NCBI GenBank assembly: GCA_951406725.2
Contig: OX597821.1
Location: forward strand, 46,996,001 to 47,060,000
DNA: 64,000 bases
Reading direction: 5' to 3'
From: Octopus vulgaris
Taxonomy: Eukaryota
Of the stretch, positions 51,889 through 64,000 are shown one piece after another; the stretch's first letter is position 1, and each line of letters begins with the position of its first letter. Made by a program: the position numbers and the translations under genes. The notes beneath the pieces were generated by a model. It saw only the letters and a program-made list of their open reading frames with translations, was not told the DNA's origin and made no database searches.

Positions 51889-52744
51889 GTACATACATAC
51901 ATACATACATACATACATACATACATACATACATACATACATACATACATAAACACACAACATATTTGCACATATTTTTTTCTTCTTTATTACAGCAAAT
52001 TAAACAACGTAACTCATTATTTCTTTCCACAGAAATTATCACCATAAATGCTGATCCGTACGACAATAATGAAATTGCTGTGGTTATTGGCAGGCAACGG
52101 CGGAGGTGGGTTTTGCAGTAGCGGTCTTGGTACATGTGTTGGTGATAGTGCTTCTGTTGGCGGTTGTTATCTCATCATTGCCGCTCTGTTGTTGGTGGTT
52201 GTTCTCAAGGCCGGGCTTGTTGTTATGGTGAAACTTTAGGGTTGGGCTAGTATTCCTAACTGTGTTAATATCGGAAATGTGATTGTTTGCTTATGATGAT
52301 GGTGGTGGCATTGTGACATTGAAAGTGGTACAAAACTGGTGGTGGAGGTGAAGGTGGTGGAGAATGATGATGATGAGGAGGAGGAGGAGGGGGATGAAGA
52401 TGAGGGTGTCCGTAGTAGCGACTGTGCTGGTGGAACCATGGGGCGGTGGTTATCAGTTTGTTTTTCTGTCACTTTTGGTATTTTGTGATTTTTAAAAAAA
52501 TTTGCTTTACATTCTACATTGCATTGTGTTTTAAATTTGCTGTTTTGTTTTGTATTGTGTTCCGTCGCCATTTTGACGCGTTCAGACTGTAATTTGTCGA
52601 CGTGCAAATTCTCGCTAAACTCAATTCTGCTACAAAGAGCAGCAATAAAATGCTGCTGTTTTCCATGTTTTATTGAGGCTTGCGTGAGGAGAAAGGTGAA
52701 TGAGGAAGAGAGAGTGTTTTTGTTATAGTGTGTTTGTGCATGTG

Positions 52745-52795
<51 letters not shown>

Positions 52796-52851
52796 AAGAA
52801 CGAGAAAGAAAATGTGTATGTATATATATGTGTAAATATGTAATATACACG

Positions 52852-52901
<50 letters not shown>

Positions 52902-53302
52902 GATATATGCATTGTGTAGAATATATTGTATACAGGATCGTGGGTTAGGCCAAAACAATGCAAAGTAAATGCAAGGTAAATCATAAGAAAACAAATATGT
53001 GAATTAATGTAAACTTACCTTGTTTTCAATATTTCGGGGTTATGATCCCATTTTCAAGAAATAGACGAATGTTGCCGATGTGCGTGTGTATGAGCGTGTA
53101 TGGAGTGGTCATGCGCGGAAATGTATTGCTATAGCAACCAGCTAACTTCCTGTAACTCTTATTTTGGCCTTACCTACGATCCTTTGTACTATATATGCAT
53201 GCATTGATATGTATGCATATATATATATATATATATATGTGCATACATATAAATGCATGCATATATTCTCACTATATATATAAACATTTTCTTTCTCTCC
53301 TT

Positions 53303-53341
<39 letters not shown>

Positions 53342-53439
53342 TATCAATGTATTTGTATGTACGTATAATTATGCATGACTGTCTATATGTATATGTGAGT
53401 GTATGTCTGCGTGTGCCTCTGTGTGTGTATGTGTGTGTA

Positions 53440-54005
53440 TACAAATATCTTGGGTCATACATATAATCATCTGGAAAAGAATTTCTAACTAGAAAGGGTA
53501 TGGCCTGGTCAGCCTGTAATGACATGCATAAGATATGGTCATCAAATCTAAGTAGAGACTTCAAACTTGAAATCTTCAAAGCCACAGTCGAACCAATTCT
53601 ACTATATGGCTCAAAAACCTGGACGTTATCAAAGAAGCTTGAGAGGCGGTTGGATGGAACCTACACTCGCCTCCTTATGAGAGCTCAACATCTCTCGTGG
53701 AAGCGTCATCCAACCAAAATGCCAATATATGGGAAACTACCACCTGTGTCATCTCTTGTGAAAGGTAGGAGAGCCCAGTTTGCTGGACATTGTTGTAGAG
53801 CTGAAAACGAGGCAATTTCTACTCTTCTCCTCTGGAAGCCATCTACTCGCAATACCAGAGGGCGCACACTCTCCTACCCGGATGTAATCTCCAGGGATAC
53901 AGACATTCAGCAACAGGACCTCCGTAATGCTATGATGGACCGTGAAGTCTGGCGGAGCATGGTAAATTCCACTTTCTCGACCACGGTCGAACAATGATGA
54001 TGATA
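53440..54005 (+). mobile_element. RTE-clade LINE, 5'-truncated 3' end with intact ORF2 C-terminus
   Basis: KYLGSYI...IFKATVEPILLYGSKTWTL...RLDGTYTRLLMRA..SWK...FAGHC.R...DREVWR; short (TGA)n tail. Confidence 0.85.
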
Positions 54006-54254
54006 CACATGCACTCATAAAAAGGGGTTGAGGAAAAAGGGAGAGGAGTAGTGAGAAAGTGAGAGAGAGGTGTGAGCGGAAGAGATATGAGTGGAAGTCT
54101 GCAGCTGATAAGTTGAAGGTTTATACTGGAATATTTTTATTGAATGAATTATTTTCGAATAACACACGCACACATATCCCGTTCGAACTGTTGCAACATA
54201 GCGGACTGCCGCTGTAAACCCTTCACCCTGTTTCTAAAAATATGAAAGGTTCTT

Positions 54255-54685
54255 CAGGTCCCAAGGGATCACAAAGACGACGTCATCATCAGTATATTCA
54301 TGAAAGGAAATAGAAGATCTTGCAGATACTATTGTGGAATCTTGCTGCTGCTATTCTAGGAAAGATCTTTGCTCGAATACTCTGGATCTGTCTCTTGATC
54401 CTCGAAGAAAGAATCCTTCCAGACACTTAGTGTGGTTTCCAAGCATCCCGAGGAACCTTAAACATGATCTGACCCAAACTTTCCCCCACTTTCCTTGTTT
54501 TCTATAATCTAGAAAAGGTTTTTGACAGTGCACTGGGACTATCCATGTAGATGGTTCTTGATCGTTTCGGATGTCCTGATCATTTCGTCTCTCTGATCCA
54601 GGCTCGGCACGATGGTATGACAACGTATTTTTTCATTATGATTGACTCTCAGAAGAATTCCCAATTACATGTGGATTGAAACGAA
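54255..54685 (+). mobile_element. Decayed RTE/BovB-like RT fragment
   Basis: KGNRRSC..Y.GI.LL..LGKIFARIL...ILPDT*CGF, then DL-like EKVFDS, FGCP, G.K pieces. Confidence 0.7.
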
Positions 54686-55469
54686 CTAGTGTAGAAGAAT
54701 GCGAAGAAAAAAATTGTATACCTTTGCTTATGAAAAGATAGAAGTAGAGAAAATCTTCTCTTACATCAAAGTATAGAACTGGCTCTCGAGTACATACCAA
54801 AAGAAATTTTCTCATTTGATATAAGCAAATGCCATGACTCTATCTGATATAACGTTAAAACTGAAGACGCAGTGAAAACACCGGCCAAAATTTGTGCCTA
54901 GTAAATATATAAAAAAAGCATGAAAATCATAGAGCCATACCAAAACTGTGTCTAGTAGAAGATATCGACTCAAACAGCATGAATTAATGATATGAGGTAG
55001 AAAGCCTTACTGCTACGTTAGTAGGAGAAAGCCTCAAATTAGAACAAAAGAAATGGTAAGTCTAAGACCAAATAAAGAAAAAGAAAAAAGAAAATGAAGA
55101 AAACAGGAAAGAGAACAGCAAATCTCAATTGGCAGAATACTACCTGTCCGAATTCTTGTGATAACAAGTGAAATACTTTTATATTCAGGTAAGGAGCAAA
55201 CACCTCCCTATAGTAAAGCACCTTCATCGTGCGATGAGGATGAAATAATAAATATAACTAACGGTCGATAGAAATTTGAAAAGAGTATGACAAGTCACGC
55301 CAGCACCGCGCTGTCTCTTAGAATAATTATGCACCTGAAAAAGACTCAATATATAACGAAAATAGGTGAGTTTGAAGAATGTATTGTGAATGAAAACAAA
55401 TATTTCTCTTATGTGTGTGTGCTACATCTGCTGACAACTGGCCAAAAGCTCACCAAATTGATTATATCA

Positions 55470-56160
55470 CGGAATAATCTGACATTGTCTGAAACGGATC
55501 CAGCTAGTTTGCTTGAATGTTTCCAAACCAAGGATAAGTGTTGAGCTCATGACTTTGAGCGAGAGACAAAGAGAAAATCCATGCAGTAGAAACAGCCCTC
55601 TTCGCCTGCTCCAAAGAAGGCCAACGCCGTTTCAACGTAGGGTAGGTGATGGCCTCAGATTTTGTGGGGTGCAAAATGCAAGATGTTTATTGTTTACCTT
55701 CAAAAGGGCCACACTATGAATGGAAAGTACTATGCCAACTTTCCAAAGCAGTTACGAAAAGTTATCAAAACAAAGCGCTCAGGAAAACTCATGACAGGTG
55801 TGTTGTTTCATCACGACAATTCTCCAACACACAAGACCTTGTTTTGAATGGCTGCTGTGCGTGGCAGTATCTTAAAGTTGGTTGATCGCCCTCCCTATTC
55901 TCCTGATTTGGCCCCATCAGACTATAACCTGTTAGCTACCATGGAAAAACACTTAGCTCGGAACTAGTAGTAATGTGACATCATATCTACTGTTGATGAT
56001 ATTTTTTACCAACAGGATAAAAGGTTCTTCACCAATGGAATCCAATCATTACAGCACCGATGGAAGAAATGTGTGGAACGGAAGGGGGACTATGTTGAAA
56101 AAAAACTTCATTTGGTCACATTCCATGGGAGTAACTTGGTCAGCCTATGAACTGTTGTCT
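55470..56160 (+). mobile_element. Mariner transposase 3' remnant
   Basis: YLQKGHTMNGKYYA, VLFHHDNSPTH, RPPYSPDLAPSDYNL (YSPDL motif), GIQSLQHRWKKCVERKGDYVEK. Confidence 0.9.
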
Positions 56161-56168
56161 GTATATAA

Positions 56169-56279
<111 letters not shown>

Positions 56280-56438
56280 TACATATAAATACACACACAT
56301 ACATGTACGTATATATGTATGTGTTTGTGTATGTGTATGGCGTCTCTCCCTTTCTTATGTGGTAACTACCAGTGAAATTTTCATGCTTTTGTATCTTTTG
56401 ATCCTTAATAATAATAATAATGATAATAATAATAATAG

Positions 56439-56975
56439 TGGCTCTCATGGCTTCTGATCTTAACTGATTGGAAGTGTTATCATGTACATTGTTTTGTCTT
56501 GGTATAAAAGATGGGCTACAGCAAATATTCTGCTCAATACCACAGATTTGCTTGTCAATTGTTTGACCTTAACCAGTTGAGCATGACCCTTAGTGGCTGA
56601 CGATATGTGTACCTCTGATCATGAGCAGAAGTAGTGGGGGAGCATCATAGCCATATGTTGAGAGGGATTCTTTGGGATTTGAATAATTCACCTCTGGAAA
56701 CATGGGTGGTTCGTTCAACATCCTTAAACAACCCTTATTCAGGGACCTTTTGAGCAGGATGGGCTACTCCACCTGAAGAAAATTCTAACTAGGTCCCACC
56801 TACAAGGTCATGTGCTGTTTATCTTGATATGAGATCACCATGTCGTGCACATATGGTTGTGATGCATATGCCTAGTGTACCCTTATCAGACTGGTAGTCA
56901 TGATGGGTATATTGGGCTTCGTATATTTTACCCCAGTGTCACTTTGATGGCATGAACTGCTCTCTCACTCAATAA
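56439..56975 (+). mobile_element. Retroposon family D, second copy, flanked by (TAA)n on both sides
   Basis: Aligns with 39186-39680. Confidence 0.85.
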
Positions 56976-57899
56976 TAATAATAATAATAATAATGATAAT
57001 AATAATAATAATAATAATAATAAATTAGAAGACGAAGAAGAAGAAGAAGGAGGAGGAGGAAGAGGGGGAGGAGGAGGAGGGAGGAGGAGGAGAAGAAGAA
57101 GAAGAAGAAGAAGAAGAAGAAGAAGAAGAAGAAGAAGAAGAAGATCAACCACAGCAATAAGGATAAGAATTATAATTGTTGTTCTTGTTCTTGTCGTCAT
57201 CAGCTTCCTCTTCATCATCATTAAAGGATGGTAGCAATCGCCACTGACAATTTTAAATGCTTTTTGTTACATCGAATTCAAATGTGATCGATTTTGCATT
57301 ATTATCTTTGCAGGAAGACGATAAGATAAGCATCAGTTGTGTAGTGAGTCGGTCATTATATATCAGTGTTAATAACTGGTATGTAAAATTGACCAAGTGC
57401 AATTTTCGCACAACTCAATCACGCGATCTTATTACGAAGTTATCCAAATATAGAAACACAGTTTTTGCATGGCATACATACATACAGACAGACGCTTGTG
57501 CGAACACACACACACTCACATAAATCATACTTATTATATATGACATATTTGTATTTATGATTATCAGATATTTATGTCATAGAATATGCGTGTGAATATG
57601 TGCGTATGTGTGCATGTATATTTGGGAGTGTGTGTGTGTGTGTGTGTGTATGTGTGTGTGCGTGTGTACATATTCAGTCGTGGAATGCGCTGAAATATTA
57701 GAGTGGGGCATGTTTTCATAATGCTTTTATTGGTAGGTGATATATTATGGCCCGTTAAATAATGCATTGAAATGCCTCCTTATACTAGGTGCATAATTAT
57801 TCTAAGAGACAGCGCGGTGCTGGCGTGACCTGTCATATCTGTTCACGGAGATTGCAACTTTCATATTGACATTTCAAAGCGTTAGTCATTTGGCCTTCA

Positions 57900-57975
<76 letters not shown>

Positions 57976-58877
57976 ACACACATACACACACACACATACA
58001 CACGCGCGCAACATACATTTACACCACATACTTGCACGTGTATCTTTGGTTTGTGGTAAATTTTTATTTTATTTGTTTCACATATGTTTCCACTGAAAAC
58101 GTTTGGGATTTACAAAGCGTGCAGTCATTTTTCCCTGCCTCCTCGTTTTAGTTCTATATTCCTGCCCCTTCTAGATTTTTTTATTTATTATTTTTTTGCT
58201 TCTTTTGCTGTTTTTGCTCTGCCTGACTTTTCTTTCCCTCTGCTCTCTATATTCCTCTCTATGACACCGCATCTCATCTCTCACATTTCTCTTGTTCACC
58301 AGCTTCTGTATTCCTCCATATCCAAGCCTTACTGACAGTTCCTCCATCACACACATGTACACAGACACACATACACTCTCTCACTTTCTCTCTATTTCTC
58401 TCTCTCTCTCTCTACATCACTCACTTGCTCTCTCTCTCTCTACATCACTCACTTGCTCTCTCTCTCTTTCTCTTTACCTCACTCGCTTGCTCTTTCTCTA
58501 TGCCCACACCAATATTACTGCCTCTCTCTCTCCATCTCTCCCTGTTTTTAAGCATATCCCCGTGCATCACACATAAACGTCTCCACACACTCACTGGCAC
58601 AAAAACAACTCAAACACATAAACACAAGGCACTACTTTCCACACACGCATAATCACATATGCATAAAGACAATGTCTCTACAAACACACACATACACACA
58701 CTCCCCGACACATACATGCGTGCGTGCACCGCACAAACACACACACGCACACGAATACACACATATTCCCATTCATGCACAAACAAACCAATAACCATTC
58801 TTGATGAGACGTGATATTCCGTTGTTTTTCACACGTCATATTTCTCACTTAGATTCTTAATATATTTGGTGTCGTCG

Positions 58878-59550
<673 letters not shown>

Positions 59551-60461
59551 TAATTTTTTTTTTATTAGCTATTCATTTTCCTTTTGTTGTTTCTAACTTT
59601 TTTTCCCTATCCTCCTCTTCCCGTTTCACACTCGGCTTTATTTATTTTATCATCCCTTATCTAACACATTCTCTCTATTATTTCACCAATTACACTTCAC
59701 TTTGATTCCTCCTACACCCACTCGCTTTAACAAACTCTTACCTCATCCCCACCTAGGATTACACTCCCTACTCCTTTTTGTAACAGCAGCAACAGAAACA
59801 ACAACAACTTCTACTACTACTACTACTACTACTACTACTATCACTACTACTTATCATCGACGACATGTAATGATAATTTTTGCACCCCCTAACATCAATA
59901 ACGCTGCTCCATCATAACACCCATAAAGACCACCACCACCATTACTATCACCACCACGACAACTGCCATCACCACCACTACCACCCGCACCACCACCACC
60001 ACCACCACCAGTTTCATTATTGCTGCTGTTGCTGCGGTTACAGCATCCTTCTCGTCGTCTTTCTTGTCTTCATTGCCATCATCATTTCATCTCCTCCCAC
60101 ACAAATCATTTCCTGTTCACATCTTCACCGACTCCTTCTCCCTCTCTGATTCCCTCACTTTCTCCTCCCTTTCCCTATATAAATGCATAAATTATATATA
60201 TATATATATACACATACACACACACACACACACACGTACTTCCATACATGCATGCATACATACATACATACATACATACATACATACATACATACATACA
60301 TACATGAATATACGTATGCATGTATGTACACATGTTCGTATGTATGTATGTATTTGAATACATATGCATATACATATGTATGTTTCTATATATGAATATG
60401 TATACATACATGTGTATATGTGTGTGTATATATATGTATATATTCATATATACGCATCTCA

Positions 60462-60522
<61 letters not shown>

Positions 60523-61063
60523 CATGTACGTGCATATATATGTATATATACACACATATACACACGAAACACACAAACACAAACGTATATTCTCATTCAT
60601 TTGTGCTTTCTCTTTCGTTTTCCCACACACTCTCTCTCTATCTCTCTCTATCCCCCTCTCTTACTCTCTCTCTCTTTCTATCCCCCTCTCTTACTCTCTC
60701 TCGTTGTCCACTTTCTTTTTTTCCCATTCACCACCTCTCCTACAAGTCTCTCTCTCTCTCTCTCACTCCTTCCTCCACCCCTCTGTCCTCTCTTCAACCC
60801 TAATTTTCTCTCCCAATCGTTAATTCATCTTGCTCCCATTTACACTCCCCGTTTAATTTCACCGCAGAGCTCACTTCTCAGATTATCTCTCTGTTTGCCA
60901 GCTTCTATGCCCCTACCCCTTGTTCATTTGTCTCCCACATCTCTTTACACCCTCGGGGCCAGTAAGCTAAAAAAAAAAAGAAAATCGTTCATTACGGCCT
61001 ATAATTTTCCACGTATCTCTCAAACATCTTTCACATCCCAGCTAACTAAAAAGAAGAAAAAGA

Positions 61064-61124
<61 letters not shown>

Positions 61125-61147
61125 ATAATAATAATAATAATAATAAC

Positions 61148-61203
<56 letters not shown>

Positions 61204-61220
61204 CAACAACAATAACTATA
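61064..61220. repeat. (CTA)n-(TAA)n microsatellite
   Basis: Directly visible. Confidence 0.95.
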
Positions 61221-61474
61221 ATAAATAAATACAGTTACCCCCCCCCACTACATTGACAGGAAATGTTTTGCTTCGTAATATTCCTGTTGTTGCAGTCATT
61301 GTTGTTGTTGTTGTTACTGTTGCTGCTGGTGGTTCCTGTAGTTGATTATAATCTAGCTATGACTGTCTACTTCCTCATTCATCATCATCATCATCATCAT
61401 CATCGTCGCTGTCGTCATCATCATCGTCATCGTCATCGTCATCGTCGTCGTCATAGTTGTTAAATATCTCTGCT

Positions 61475-61690
61475 GTCAATTTTGCCTTTCATTATTTTGG
61501 GTCGAGAAAATAAGTACCAGTTGAAAACTGAGGTCGATGTAATCGACCTAACCCTTAACCCGAAATTTGAAACTATTATTTCGGGGTCGATGAAATAAAA
61601 ATATCAGTCCAGTACTGGGCCTGATGGTATCAACTTTCCCACTCCCAATAAAATTGCTGGTCTTTTGCCAAAATTTGGAAACAATGGCTA
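61475..61690 (+). mobile_element. Two partial SINE family A 3' halves
   Basis: GGGTCGAGAAAATAAGTACCAG...GGTCGATGTAATCGAC and TTCGGGGTCGATGAAATAA. Confidence 0.65.
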
Positions 61691-61739
61691 TTATCTATCG
61701 TAAGAATCGCCCCGCTTCTTTCATTTGGTCGGGAAGAGT

Positions 61740-62046
61740 TGTTTTGTTTGTTCCTTCTCGAGCCATGCCTGGCTCATAAGGGCCGGTTTCCCGGTTTCTT
61801 GGCGTATAGGTTCCCCACCTGGACGGGACGCCGGTCCGTCGCAGGTGAGCTGCAACATGCAGGAGGAAAGAGTGAGAGAAAGTTTTGGCGAAAGAGTCAG
61901 CAGAAGATCGCCATTACCTTCTACCGTAGCTGCGCGGAGCTTAGGTGTTTCCGCTCATAAACATACACATCGCCCGGTCTGAGATTCGAACTAGCGATCC
62001 CTCGACCTCGAGTCTGCTGCTCTAACCACGAGGCCATGTGCCTCCT
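61740..62046 (-). mobile_element. tRNA-headed SINE family C, tail type 3
   Basis: Minus strand GGAGGCACATGGCCTCGTGGTTAGAGCAGCAGACTCGAGG...GTTCGAATCTCAGACCGGGCG; tail CCTGCGACGGACCGGCGTCCCGTCCAGG...GAAACCGGG; ends in (ACAA)n. Confidence 0.85.
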
Positions 62047-63745
62047 CGGAAGAGTTGGCAGTTTTCCTGTCTGGTGACTGAGACGAAAGTATTTTTTTTT
62101 TCTGGTGAACGACACCGAAGGACTGGAAATGGACACTTTACTCTTTCGTCAAGCTATCGTCGACTTTTTAAATTCCATTTGAAAAAGTGATGGTTGAGAG
62201 GGCGATGCTCTTCCTCCACCCCTAGTACATATGGGGGCTGCTGTAACGAGGTCTGCCCGAGTGAGTGAACCTACAGTTGGCTTCACTCTCAGAAAGTTTG
62301 GTATAATGCTAAGGTGAAACAGAATTTGCTTCACTCAAAGCACTTGATAATGACAGAGACGAGTGAAATTGGGAGTAGCGATTCATGGATGTTAGAAATG
62401 ATTGTTCGTACAGAAAAACTAAGGATGCTGAAATATTGTGATATATGAGGGAGACATATTCCTCAGTGTCTCTCCAGAGAAGTTCCCTGGCCAATAGTAT
62501 AACGTATTCTTTCTTATACAAGTAGGGTTTCGAAAAATTTCCCTTAAGATTGATAAATTCAAGCAGTCTAAACCAGTAACAGAAAGAAATACTCGCGTGC
62601 GTACGCGTGTGAACGTGTCTGAATGTGTACATGCGTATGTAATTATGTCTGCTTACACTCACACACTGCCATCAAGATATTTACTTTTGCATTTGTTAAT
62701 AAAGCAGAGCTTTGGAGAACCAGGTGGTCAGCAGCAATACATTTTATATGAGGTAGATTGATAAAGTTCGTACAACATTTCATTCTCTGCTAGAAATTCT
62801 CCGGATACAGTCAACTAGATCGGATTAAAATTTATAAGAATGCAAAAACAAAATGTCTAAAACTATCAGCAGCAATGATGCTTATGGAGTGTAGACTATG
62901 TGTCAGAGCAAACTGTGGAACAGGCTGGAAAGAAAAAAAAAGAGGGCTAGATGAGAAAACTAATATGAGAGATTCGAATTCCCCGACACATAACAGGCCC
63001 ATAAATTTGGAAAAGCGCTAAATGGCGCCAAATTTTTATTCAAAACAGTAAAAGAAGCAACAGACCATTTTTAATGGTTTTGACATACTAAGTGAAGCTC
63101 ATTTATAAAATGGAGATGGGTTCTATGCAGAGAAACACAATGTCACCAAAACAATCACTGTATAAGAAATGAAATATTTCCAGAATACTGGCTTGAATAC
63201 AATGGATAGGAGCAGACATCTATGCTTTGTCAACATGCCGTATTGAAATACAATGGATCCATAAAAAACTTGGAGTAAAAATTTTTCCCTGAACAATTTA
63301 AAAGAAATAGCATTAAGACAGAGTACAGAGGTCATAAAAATGATAGTATAAAATTGAATGAAGTAGCAGTGCCTCCCAACAATAGTCCATCACCAAAGTA
63401 AAACTGGTGCAAGGGTAGAATACGACAAAACCAGCACACACATACACACGTGTACTTATGTTGGTAACAACGAATGAAATCAAATTGAACAAACACTAAT
63501 ACTGTATGTCATTGACTCAGACTCTTATCATAGAAATGTAACCTAAGTAAAATCATTTGAGATTCTAAAGCACTTAACAGGGCCACAGATTTAGTGTGGT
63601 GAAAGATATTGTGAGGGCAAAATGGCGAGTGTTATAGGCTTTATTAGCTTAATTCTTCCAAATTATAACTTATCCCCAAGGTGCCACATATGTGGTTAGG
63701 AAACAATCTCCTTATCACACAGCCATGCATGCATCTATATACAAG

Positions 63746-63793
<48 letters not shown>

Positions 63794-64000
63794 AACAGAC
63801 AGAGAGGCGGGGGGGGGAGATAAATAAATAGAAAGATAGATAGACAGATAGATAGACAGATAGATAGACAGATAAATAGACAGATAAATATGTGGGCTTC
63901 TTTGCAAATCGTTGGCAGGACTCAAACGTCACATTCGACATAAGCATTGTGACTGACAAAGAAAGAGTAGGGTGACACCTCCTCATACGTCGAAACCGAC

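Noticed and set aside
62150-63340. Possible LINE or host coding remnants
   Set aside because: No diagnostic motifs identified in either strand.

Overview
AT-rich, microsatellite-saturated animal genomic DNA. The (TA)n/(CA)n/(TATG)n/(ATT)n density and the SINE families look like an octopus or other coleoid cephalopod (inference, not verified). No intact host protein-coding gene is recognisable, and most ORF-track entries are translated simple repeats. The window is dominated by transposon remnants: two Penelope-like elements joined head-to-head (Neptune-type RT+GIY-YIG on minus, Naiad-type 3' half on plus), two Chapaev3-like DNA transposons, several mariner/Tc1/maT remnants and MITEs, a Merlin MITE, a non-autonomous Helitron, RTE, R4/Dong and CR1-like LINE fragments, and at least four SINE-like families. 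The most interesting signal is a set of minimal type-I hammerhead ribozyme (HHR) motifs in several unrelated short repeats. The best case is a near-identical 362-bp tandem duplication (23593-24292). Each unit carries an HHR with a compensatory U3:A8 core and a palindromic stem III, an arrangement like a dimer-cleaving retrozyme or Penelope pLTR. Also notable are a 51-bp near-perfect inverted repeat spanning 2.5 kb, head-to-head SINEs with swapped 3' tails, and weak hints of a minus-strand host transcript. All family assignments come from motif recognition by eye, not database searches.
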